NCBI GenBank assembly: GCA_043822305.1
Contig: JBDRBU010000097.1
Coordinates: 1-14,824, forward strand
Source of the DNA: Candidatus Firestoneibacteriota bacterium
GTDB taxonomy: Bacteria > Oederibacteriota > D2-FULL-39-29 > JBDRBU01
Direction: 5' to 3'
DNA: 14,824 bases
The notes beneath the pieces were generated by a model that was not told where the DNA came from, did no database searches, and saw nothing but the letters and a program-made list of their open reading frames with translations. Positions 8,049 to 14,824 of the stretch are shown here, piece by piece; the first letter of the stretch is position 1, and each line of letters starts with the position of its first letter. Position numbers and translations under genes: made by a program.

Positions 8049-8972
8049 TTAATCTTTCCTTTGATTTTGTATAATATTTAATATTTCATCTACATTATCG
8101 TCAATATTCTCTTCATATGTAATCCAAATTATCCTTTTATCCTTTTTAAACCATGTCATTTGCCTCTTAGCATATTTTCTTGTATCCTTTTTCATCAAAT
8201 TTATTGCAGAAATCAAAGAATATTTACCATGCAAATAGTCATGCATATGTCTATATCCTAATCCTTTTAAGGCAACAATATTTTTGTAATTTTTATACTT
8301 ATCGATTATTTTTTCCACCTCTTCAACCAGACCATTTTTTATCATTAAATCAACTCTATCGTTTATTCTCTTGTATAATCTTATTCTATCCATTTCAATT
8401 CCTATCATGACAATATCAATCCCATCTAATGATTTTTTAAACTGCTGGAGTTTAGAAATTGGAGTCCCTGTTGATTTATATACTTCCAATGCTCTTATTA
8501 TTCTAAATTTATCATTTTTGTGAATTTTTCTTGCGGAAATCTCATCAACTCTTTTTAATTCATTATACAAAAATTCCAAGCCATTATTTTCACAGTCTCT
8601 TTCAAGTAATTCTCTAATATTTTTATCTGGAGGTGGGCTCTCGAAAATTCCATCAATAGCAGCTTTTATATAAAGCCCGGTCCCTCCGACCATGATTGGA
8701 GATTGGCCATGGGCGATTATTGATTTTATGATTTTTCTACACTTTTTCGCATAATTAAATGCATTAATTTGAAAAACTGGTTTATAAACATCTATTAGAT
8801 AATGTTTAACAATATTTCTTTGCTCTTTTGTTGGCTTAGCCGTACCAATATTTAGTTCTTTATAAATCTGAAGTGAATCTGCTGATATAATTTCACCCTT
8901 AACCTTTTGGGCTAATTTTATTGATATTCCTGTTTTACCAACACCTGTAGGTCCAACAATAACTATTAACAT
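8049..8972 (-). CDS. miaA: tRNA dimethylallyltransferase
   Basis: GPTGVGKT, EIISADSLQIY..LNIGTAKP, VGGTGLY, RIIRALEV, TRKYAKRQMTWF. Confidence 0.97.
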   Translation of the reverse strand: MLIVIVGPTGVGKTGISIKLAQKVKGEIISADSLQIYKELNIGTAKPTKEQRNIVKHYLIDVYKPVFQINAFNYAKKCRKIIKSIIAHGQSPIMVGGTGLYIKAAIDGIFESPPPDKNIRELLERDCENNGLEFLYNELKRVDEISARKIHKNDKFRIIRALEVYKSTGTPISKLQQFKKSLDGIDIVMIGIEMDRIRLYKRINDRVDLMIKNGLVEEVEKIIDKYKNYKNIVALKGLGYRHMHDYLHGKYSLISAINLMKKDTRKYAKRQMTWFKKDKRIIWITYEENIDDNVDEILNIIQNQRKD

Positions 8973-10693
8973 CTTTTAAACTTTCTATCAATTTCATCAA
9001 AATTTATCTTTATTAAACCGGGTCTTCCATGAGGACAGTACTGTAAATCACAGTTTAAAAATTCATTTACTAATCTGCTCATTTCCTCATATGTTAATTT
9101 GTCGCCAGCACGAACTGCTGAATGACACGCAATACTTCTTAAAAGATTTTCTTTTCCATCTTTTACTAAATTATTACTAACAATATCTTCACTTAATGTA
9201 TCTATAATCTCTACTAGCATTTTTTCCACATTAGTATCTTTTAAAAATTCCGGTGTACCTCTTAATAAAAAAGTATTTTTTCCAAAATTCTCAATATCAA
9301 ATCCCAGGTCCAATAAATCATTCAATGATTTATCTAAAATACTACTTTGAGAAAAATTTAATTTTAAACTTATTGGAACAAGAAAATACTGTGTTTTACC
9401 CACGCGGGGGTTACTTTTATCCTCTGAATGTTTAGATAATTTCTCATAAATCACTTTTTCATGAGCAACATGTTGATCTATTATATATATTCCATCCTTA
9501 GACTCCGCTAAAATATACATAGATTTAATTTGAATTATTGGTACAACTTTTGATTCTGTTTGATAATTTTGCATTAATTCACCAATAGTATTAGTCCTTG
9601 TCTCTAAAACCTTATAATTATATTCATTTATAATAGGGACACATCCAAAAGGGATGTGTCCCTTAATTGCTTCCGCCTCTGCTTCTGGAAAAATCTTTGG
9701 TAGAGGTTTTTCCTTTCTTAAAATTTCTTGGACAGCATTCATAATACTATTGTAGACTAAATTGGTATTCATGAACTTTATTTCTCGTTTAGTTGGATGA
9801 ATATTAATATCTATTTTTGAGGGATTTATATTTACAAACAATATACATACTGGAAATCTGTTATGAGGAACTAATGCTTCATAACCCGACGAAATAGCAT
9901 GTGATATGGATTTATCCACGACTAATCTATTGTTTACAAAAATGTACTGACTGTTTTTGGTAGGTTTTGTAAAGTCTGGCTTACCGATATATCCAAAAAT
10001 TTCAACCTCTTCATTTTTAAATTTAATCTCCATTAAATTATCTACAAATTCTTTCCCAAATAATTCATACAATCTTTCTTTCAATGTTTTAACGGCTAAA
10101 ACATTTAAAGAAGACCTTCCATCTACTTCTAATTTAAAACTTATATTATTATTAGCTATGGCCAGTTTAAATATTAAATTGTATATATGTGAAGCTTCTG
10201 TTTCTATAGATTTTAAAAATTTAAGCCTTACTGGAATATTATAAAATATATCAGCTACGGCTACCATTGTTCCTCTTGGAAAAGCACATTTCTCTAATTT
10301 TTTTTTACCATTTATTACCGTTAATTTAGCCCCTATTTTAGAATCGTTATCAATACTTCTAATTTCTAATCTGGAAACAGCAGCCATTGAAGATAATGCT
10401 TCACCTCTAAAACCTAATGTCTTAATTTTATAGACATCGTCCATGGAAGATATTTTACTTGTGGTATGTCTATCTATACATAAAATAATATCTTCCTTAT
10501 TCATACCCAGACCGTTATCTTTAACTTTAATTAGTTTTTTTCCACCTTGCTTAATTTCTACAAATATTTCAGTTGCTTGTGCATCTATAGAGTTTTCAAT
10601 TAGTTCCTTTGTAACTGAAACCGGTCTTTCTATTATTTCTCCCGCAGAAATCCTTTTTATGGTCTCTTCAGACAAAACTTTGATTTTATTCAT
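8966..10693 (-). CDS. mutL: DNA mismatch repair endonuclease MutL
   Basis: ISAGEIIERP..KELIENSIDA, TLGFRGEAL, DINIHPTKREI, DQHVAHEKVIYE, ACHSAV, CPHGRP. Start placed at ATG 10693, which overlaps the gatA stop (ATGA). Confidence 0.96.
   Translation of the reverse strand: MNKIKVLSEETIKRISAGEIIERPVSVTKELIENSIDAQATEIFVEIKQGGKKLIKVKDNGLGMNKEDIILCIDRHTTSKISSMDDVYKIKTLGFRGEALSSMAAVSRLEIRSIDNDSKIGAKLTVINGKKKLEKCAFPRGTMVAVADIFYNIPVRLKFLKSIETEASHIYNLIFKLAIANNNISFKLEVDGRSSLNVLAVKTLKERLYELFGKEFVDNLMEIKFKNEEVEIFGYIGKPDFTKPTKNSQYIFVNNRLVVDKSISHAISSGYEALVPHNRFPVCILFVNINPSKIDINIHPTKREIKFMNTNLVYNSIMNAVQEILRKEKPLPKIFPEAEAEAIKGHIPFGCVPIINEYNYKVLETRTNTIGELMQNYQTESKVVPIIQIKSMYILAESKDGIYIIDQHVAHEKVIYEKLSKHSEDKSNPRVGKTQYFLVPISLKLNFSQSSILDKSLNDLLDLGFDIENFGKNTFLLRGTPEFLKDTNVEKMLVEIIDTLSEDIVSNNLVKDGKENLLRSIACHSAVRAGDKLTYEEMSRLVNEFLNCDLQYCPHGRPGLIKINFDEIDRKFKRC
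9395..9414. repeat. Short GC-rich palindrome inside mutL, possible truncated member of the TTTACCC family
   Basis: TTTACCCACGCGGGGGTTAC; encodes SNPRVGK. Confidence 0.4.
9635..9663. repeat. Perfect 12-bp inverted repeat inside the mutL linker
   Basis: AGGGACACATCC-AAAAG-GGATGTGTCCCT; encodes KGHIPFGCVP. Confidence 0.85.
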
Positions 10694-12171
10694 ACAGGTG
10701 CATTCCACATGGTAGTCGCAGGCTTTAGCCTGCGTTCCGTATTCTTTTCGTAATTCCATCCTACTTTTAAAATTTCCCCTTCACAAAAAGGTTTACCAAT
10801 TAACTGCATTCCTATTGGAAGATTATCTGAAGATATGCCACAAGGAATAGAAATAGCAGGAAGACCTGCTAAATTTACGGATATAGTAAAAATATCTGAT
10901 AAATACATTTGAACTGGATCGGATACCTTTTCCCCAATTTTAAATGCTGGAGTAGGTGTGGTTGGTGTAAGTAAGAAATCACATTCTTTAAAAGCTTCTT
11001 CAAAATCTCTTTTTATTAAGGTCCGTACTTTTTGAGCCTTTAAATAATATGCATCATAGTATCCTGCACTTAAAACATATGTCCCTAACATTATTCTCCT
11101 TTTCACTTCCTTTCCAAACCCTTGATCTCTTGTCCATCTATACATATCACCCAGATTTTTTGCCGTTTTATCTCTATATCCATAATGCACACCATCATAT
11201 CTACCCAGATTTGAGCTGGCTTCTGCGGTCGCAATAATATAATAAGTAGCAAGACAATATTCAGTATGGGGAAGACTGATACTTTTTATCGTCGCTCCCA
11301 ATTTTTCAAATAATTTAATAGCATTATCAATAGAATTAGCTACTTCCGGATCTATACCCTTTACAAAATATTCTCTGGGTATTCCTATTTTAATTCCTTT
11401 TATATCTGGAATCAAATACTTTGTATAGTCAGGAACTTCAATATTTATAGATGTAGAATCTCTTTCATCATATCCAGATATAACATTCATAATTAACGCG
11501 CAATCTAAAACACTATTTGAAAATGGACCTATTTGGTCCAAGGAAGATGCAAAGGCAACAAGTCCATATCTTGATACTCGACCATATGTAGGTTTTAAAC
11601 CAATTACACCACAACAAGCAGCCGGTTGTCTTATTGAACCTCCGGTATCAGAACCTAACGACAGAGGAGACTCCTTGGCACTGACACAAACTGCAGAACC
11701 ACCAGAAGAACCACCGGGTACCCTGGTAATGTCCCATGGATTAAAAGAGGGTCCGAAATATGAATTTTCAGTAGAAGAACCCATGGCAAATTCATCCATA
11801 TTACATTTACCTAATATAATCAATCCGTTATTTTTAATCTTTTCAACCACAGTAGCATCATATGGTGCTATAAAATTTTCTAATATTTTAGAACCACATG
11901 TAACTCTGGTGTCTTTCATACATAGAATATCTTTTATTGATATTGGAACTCCAAATAAGGGGGGTAAATCAGAAGCATCTTTTTTCAGAGATTTATCACA
12001 TTCCTTTGCTTGGACTAATGCGTTTTCAAAATTATAAGATATATAAGCATGCAATTTATCATCTACATTTTTAATTCTTTCTATAAACGATTTCACTATC
12101 TCTTCGGAAGATATTTTTCTTTCCTTTAATAATTTTGATAAATTATGTGCATTAATCTCAAATAATTCCAT
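10690..12171 (-). CDS. gatA: Asp/Glu-tRNA amidotransferase subunit A
   Basis: Amidase signature GKCNMDEFAMGSSTENS, PGGSSGGSA, LGSDTGGSIRQPA; EVKRRIMLGTYVLSAGYYDAYYLKAQKVR. Confidence 0.98.
   Translation of the reverse strand: MELFEINAHNLSKLLKERKISSEEIVKSFIERIKNVDDKLHAYISYNFENALVQAKECDKSLKKDASDLPPLFGVPISIKDILCMKDTRVTCGSKILENFIAPYDATVVEKIKNNGLIILGKCNMDEFAMGSSTENSYFGPSFNPWDITRVPGGSSGGSAVCVSAKESPLSLGSDTGGSIRQPAACCGVIGLKPTYGRVSRYGLVAFASSLDQIGPFSNSVLDCALIMNVISGYDERDSTSINIEVPDYTKYLIPDIKGIKIGIPREYFVKGIDPEVANSIDNAIKLFEKLGATIKSISLPHTEYCLATYYIIATAEASSNLGRYDGVHYGYRDKTAKNLGDMYRWTRDQGFGKEVKRRIMLGTYVLSAGYYDAYYLKAQKVRTLIKRDFEEAFKECDFLLTPTTPTPAFKIGEKVSDPVQMYLSDIFTISVNLAGLPAISIPCGISSDNLPIGMQLIGKPFCEGEILKVGWNYEKNTERRLKPATTMWNAPV
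10708..10735 (+). repeat. GTAG-tagged REP-like element, in-frame copy inside the gatA 3' end
   Basis: CATGGTAGTCGCAGGCTTTAGCCTGCGT; 10734-10708 translates as RRLKPATTM in GatA. Confidence 0.9.
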
Positions 12172-12201
12172 ATAAAAGGGGACAGCGACTTTTATTTAAT
12201 C

Positions 12202-12224
12202 CGCCCAACAAATTGGGCAACTAC
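12202..12224 (-). repeat. GTAG-tagged REP-like element (second subfamily) overlapping the gatC stop
   Basis: Minus strand GTAG-TT-GCCCAA-TTTG-TTGGGC-G; same GTAG + 2 nt + stem + 4-nt loop layout as the elements at 6929 and 10708. Confidence 0.75.
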
Positions 12225-12511
12225 TCCATAATTTTAGGAATCTTAAAATATCCTTTTTGTTTATCAGGAGAATTCTTAAGAGATTCTTCCACATCAAGAG
12301 ATTCTTTTACTTTATCATTTCTAAATACATTATTAACAGAAATCACAGTTGCAGGTTTAGTTGGCTCAATCCCGTCTGTATTTAGTTCCTTTAACTTATC
12401 AACAAAATTCAATATATCTACAAGTTGTTTAGTAAACAACTCTTTTTCTTCACGACTCAGATGTAGTTGTGCAAGTTTTGCTACATGTTCAACTTCTTTT
12501 TCTGTAATCAT
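12221..12511 (-). CDS. gatC: Asp/Glu-tRNA amidotransferase subunit C
   Basis: ITEKEVEHVAKLAQL...ILNFVDKLKELNTDGIEPT...NVFRND...GYFKIPKI; directly upstream of gatA. Confidence 0.96.
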   Translation of the reverse strand: MITEKEVEHVAKLAQLHLSREEKELFTKQLVDILNFVDKLKELNTDGIEPTKPATVISVNNVFRNDKVKESLDVEESLKNSPDKQKGYFKIPKIME

Positions 12512-12518
12512 CTTTTCC

Positions 12519-13820
12519 TCACAAATGTTTTAATACTTTAAATATTTTAACTAATACATCTTTATTTCCAAACCCACCTGGTTTAGTTACTATATGTAAT
12601 TTTCCTTTCGCAGAATAAGTTAATGGAATTCCGGTAAAAATCCTTTTAGTCAGCAGTAAAAATGAAATATTTAACTTACGACATACACCGGCTGCCGTTG
12701 CTCCTCCTGATAAGACAAGTTTATTAAATTCTAATTTATCAACAAGATACTTTGCAATTTCTCCTAATTTTAAACTTATCTCTTCCCCTGTTTTTTGCAC
12801 ACTACTACTTCTAATTAGTTGTGAAATATATTTTAACGAGTTTCTATCATTAGATAGATAAACTATTACATCGGTTTTTGTTTTTTTTGATATAATTTTT
12901 TTGATTAATTGAATATTTTCTAATAACATTTTTGGCGAAATTTTTAAAACAGGTACATTAAATCTATCTTTGATATATTTAACTTGCTTGGCTGTTATAT
13001 CTTTTAAACTTCCTATAATACAAGCAACTTTACCCCGCGACTTCTGGTGCATATGTGAAGATACATTAGTGCGTGCCTTACTTTTGTTTTTAAAAATTTC
13101 TTTGGCCAAACGAGATGCCCCACAAACCATCTTAAAATTTTGGACAACACGACTAATGGTTTTTAAATTTTTATTATCTTTACAATCAAAAATAAGTATT
13201 TTATTCCCATCCAATCTTAATTTACTAATTTTATTTTTTACAAACTTAACACCTTTATTGATTGTATCTATATCTATAAGTGCACATTTATATTTTGATT
13301 GCTGACCTATTAAATCAATAAGTGATGAAGTTTTTACCGGATTAAGCATATCTAAAGCAAATTCAGAATCTTTCAATAATTTCTGGTTAACATAGTGATG
13401 GCCATAAACTGTGATTCTTTGCATTTCTGGAAAAGCAGGGATAAAAGGTATTACATCTAAACTTAATTCGTCTAGACACGCATCTATTTCATAACCAATG
13501 TTACCTCTTAATGTTGAATCTATTTTTTTATAATATTTTTGAATTTTATATCTTTGAATAACTTTCAACAATCCTCTTAATTTTTTATAGGCCATATCTG
13601 GACTAATTAGTCTGGATTCAGTATCTATGACAAGAATATTTACCCTCGCACCACCAGAGGGTGCAGGGTATACTTTTGAAGAAAAATATTTATATTCCTT
13701 ATTAAATCTCTTGCATTTTTCAAATATCAAAGAACCACACGACAGTCCTAAATCATGCAATTGTAAACCAACATCATTAGCACCTGTTAAATCATCAGCT
13801 AAGATTATTACTTTCTTCAT
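12519..13820 (-). CDS. Four-carbon acid sugar kinase family protein (DUF1537; DtnK/DenK/OtnK-like)
   Basis: ILADDLTGAND, IDTESR, YKKIDSTLRGNIG, PAFPEMQRIT..G, IIGSL, LSGGATA, VTKPGGFG. Confidence 0.9.
   Translation of the reverse strand: MKKVIILADDLTGANDVGLQLHDLGLSCGSLIFEKCKRFNKEYKYFSSKVYPAPSGGARVNILVIDTESRLISPDMAYKKLRGLLKVIQRYKIQKYYKKIDSTLRGNIGYEIDACLDELSLDVIPFIPAFPEMQRITVYGHHYVNQKLLKDSEFALDMLNPVKTSSLIDLIGQQSKYKCALIDIDTINKGVKFVKNKISKLRLDGNKILIFDCKDNKNLKTISRVVQNFKMVCGASRLAKEIFKNKSKARTNVSSHMHQKSRGKVACIIGSLKDITAKQVKYIKDRFNVPVLKISPKMLLENIQLIKKIISKKTKTDVIVYLSNDRNSLKYISQLIRSSSVQKTGEEISLKLGEIAKYLVDKLEFNKLVLSGGATAAGVCRKLNISFLLLTKRIFTGIPLTYSAKGKLHIVTKPGGFGNKDVLVKIFKVLKHL
13639..13673. repeat. GC-rich palindrome inside the kinase gene
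   Basis: TACCCTCGCACC-ACCAGAG-GGTGCAGGGTA (11-bp stem, 1 bulge); encodes VYPAPSGGARV. Confidence 0.8.
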
Positions 13821-14626
13821 TTTAATAGATAAACCTTTACATTCTTTGGTTGAAAAGAAGACGATTCTTTATAAGTATCAAAACATAAATCTATCTTATT
13901 TCCTTTTATGGCACCACCAACATCTGCAGCTATGGCCAAACCATAACCATTAATGTATAACTTACTCTTAAGAGGAATTATCTTAGGGTCAACCGCAACC
14001 ACTCCATATCCAGCCAGATAACCAATAGAAGTAAGTCCATCAGCATATGGTCCACAATCCTCAGGTCCTGGATAATATCCTGTGGCCCTCATGACAATAA
14101 CTTTTGATGCTTTTACTTTTTTAGTCAACATATACATTCGTTTCTTAGAACTTAGACCGACCACAATTTTGCAATTTTTTGGTTTTTTATGGTTTGAAAT
14201 GTTAAATATTTTTCTCCATATTTCCTTATGATCATGATATAAAACTTTTACTTCTTTTTCTATAAAACCATTTTCTCCTGATTCTAATTCTATGATTTCG
14301 TCCTTATTAAGATAAGAATCTTTTATCTTAATAGTTTCATATGGCAATATATCTCTTACCTTAATATTTTCTTCTTTTACTCTTATGACTTTAATGTTCA
14401 TACCATCTGCAATTAAAGTGTTCAAACTAGGAGAGACAATATCAAAACTATTTAAATTAACATTTTTACTTTTTAAAACATCGCATACTGTCTGATTCCT
14501 CACTTCTGCTTCAATAATAGAATTATCCGCTATTATTTGAACCTTACCCTTAAATGGATTAAAATAAACACTTCCTGTTAGTAAAGTTAATACTAAAACT
14601 CCTAACAATATCAAAATTTTTTTCAT
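13817..14626 (-). CDS. YabE-like secreted/anchored protein with DUF348 (ubiquitin-like), G5 and 3D domains (putative cell-wall lytic transglycosylase)
   Basis: Signal/TM N-terminus, TVCDVLKSKNVNL...DIVSPSL...DGMNIKVIRV, G5-like GENGF..KEVKV, 3D motif MRATGY...GVVAVDPKIIPL...AADVGGAIKGNKIDLCF; AGGAGG SD at 14642-14637. Confidence 0.9.
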   Translation of the reverse strand: MKKILILLGVLVLTLLTGSVYFNPFKGKVQIIADNSIIEAEVRNQTVCDVLKSKNVNLNSFDIVSPSLNTLIADGMNIKVIRVKEENIKVRDILPYETIKIKDSYLNKDEIIELESGENGFIEKEVKVLYHDHKEIWRKIFNISNHKKPKNCKIVVGLSSKKRMYMLTKKVKASKVIVMRATGYYPGPEDCGPYADGLTSIGYLAGYGVVAVDPKIIPLKSKLYINGYGLAIAADVGGAIKGNKIDLCFDTYKESSSFQPKNVKVYLLK

Positions 14627-14687
14627 AAATAAATAGCCTCCTTCAAGATTTTTCTTTTAATTCTGTTTGATTGAAAATAGGTATCTG

Positions 14688-14824
14688 CTTACATTCAAGT
14701 CCCTAGTGCAACGGTTTCAGTAAATACTTCTTTTGGTGTATGCCAATCAAGCACTTCTCTTGGACGATCGTTTAATAGATCTTCGACTTTCTTCAATCTA
14801 TAAGATGAAATCTTTGAGAAATTT
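14688..14824 (-). mobile_element. Right end of an IS30-family insertion sequence (partial)
   Basis: Terminal repeat-like CTTACATTCAAGTCCCTAGTGCAAC (14688-14712) has the IS30 ATTCAA-N-GCAAC pattern, and the transposase stop lies inside it. Confidence 0.85.
14695..14823 (-). CDS. IS30-family transposase, C-terminal 42 aa (not in the ORF track)
   Basis: Manual translation NFSKISSYRLKKVEDLLNDRPREVLDWHTPKEVFTETVALGT*, which matches the IS30 LN-x-RPR-x2-L-x-W-x-TP-x-E...VAL C-terminus. Confidence 0.85.
   Translation of the reverse strand, partial: NFSKISSYRLKKVEDLLNDRPREVLDWHTPKEVFTETVALGT

Noticed and set aside
9668..9690. EAEAEA-coding stretch next to the mutL hairpin
   Set aside because: It is a short low-complexity linker with varied codons and no convincing stem or second copy.
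10694..10759. 22-aa N-terminal extension of MutL in the ORF track
   Set aside because: It overlaps gatA and is partly translated REP sequence. MutL homology begins at MNKIKVL (ATG 10693).
11620..11760. GC-richer stretch in gatA
   Set aside because: It is explained by the Gly/Ser/Pro-rich amidase signature, not by an insertion.
1922..13673. CRISPR array or integron attC interpretation of the palindromes
   Set aside because: The repeats are dispersed, belong to different families and lack regular spacers. No cas or integrase gene is present, and they flank or interrupt core genes.
153..13953. Short antisense ORFs in the track (e.g. 153-335, 807-1070, 3695-4108, 4403-4864, 11675-12037, 12213-12533, 13627-13953)
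   Set aside because: All lie opposite well-supported genes and show no recognisable motifs; they are shadow ORFs.

Overview
AT-rich bacterial housekeeping region, probably from a diderm lineage (inferred from the membrane-anchored PpiD/SurA-type chaperone). One + strand gene (PpiD-like PPIase) converges on a long, tightly packed - strand gene run: IS30 end, YabE-like DUF348/G5/3D protein, DUF1537 sugar-acid kinase, gatC, gatA, mutL, miaA, hflX, 3xGAF HD-GYP protein, pgsA-like gene, plsY, gpsA, IHF/HU, MerR-type regulator. The most striking signal is a dense set of short GC-rich palindromes from several families (GTAG-REP type, TTTACCC..GCACC/GGTGC..GGGT type, CCCCCTT/AAGGGGG type and others). 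Up to seven lie inside intact reading frames (gatA, mutL x2, plsY, kinase x2, HD-GYP), where they appear to add short foreign peptides, as Rickettsia palindromic elements do. The clearest case is a 27-nt element in frame in gatA with a near-identical intergenic copy. Other repeats supply a stop codon (gatC) or a likely ribosome-binding site (ihf). No candidate mobilising enzyme for these repeats is visible in the window.
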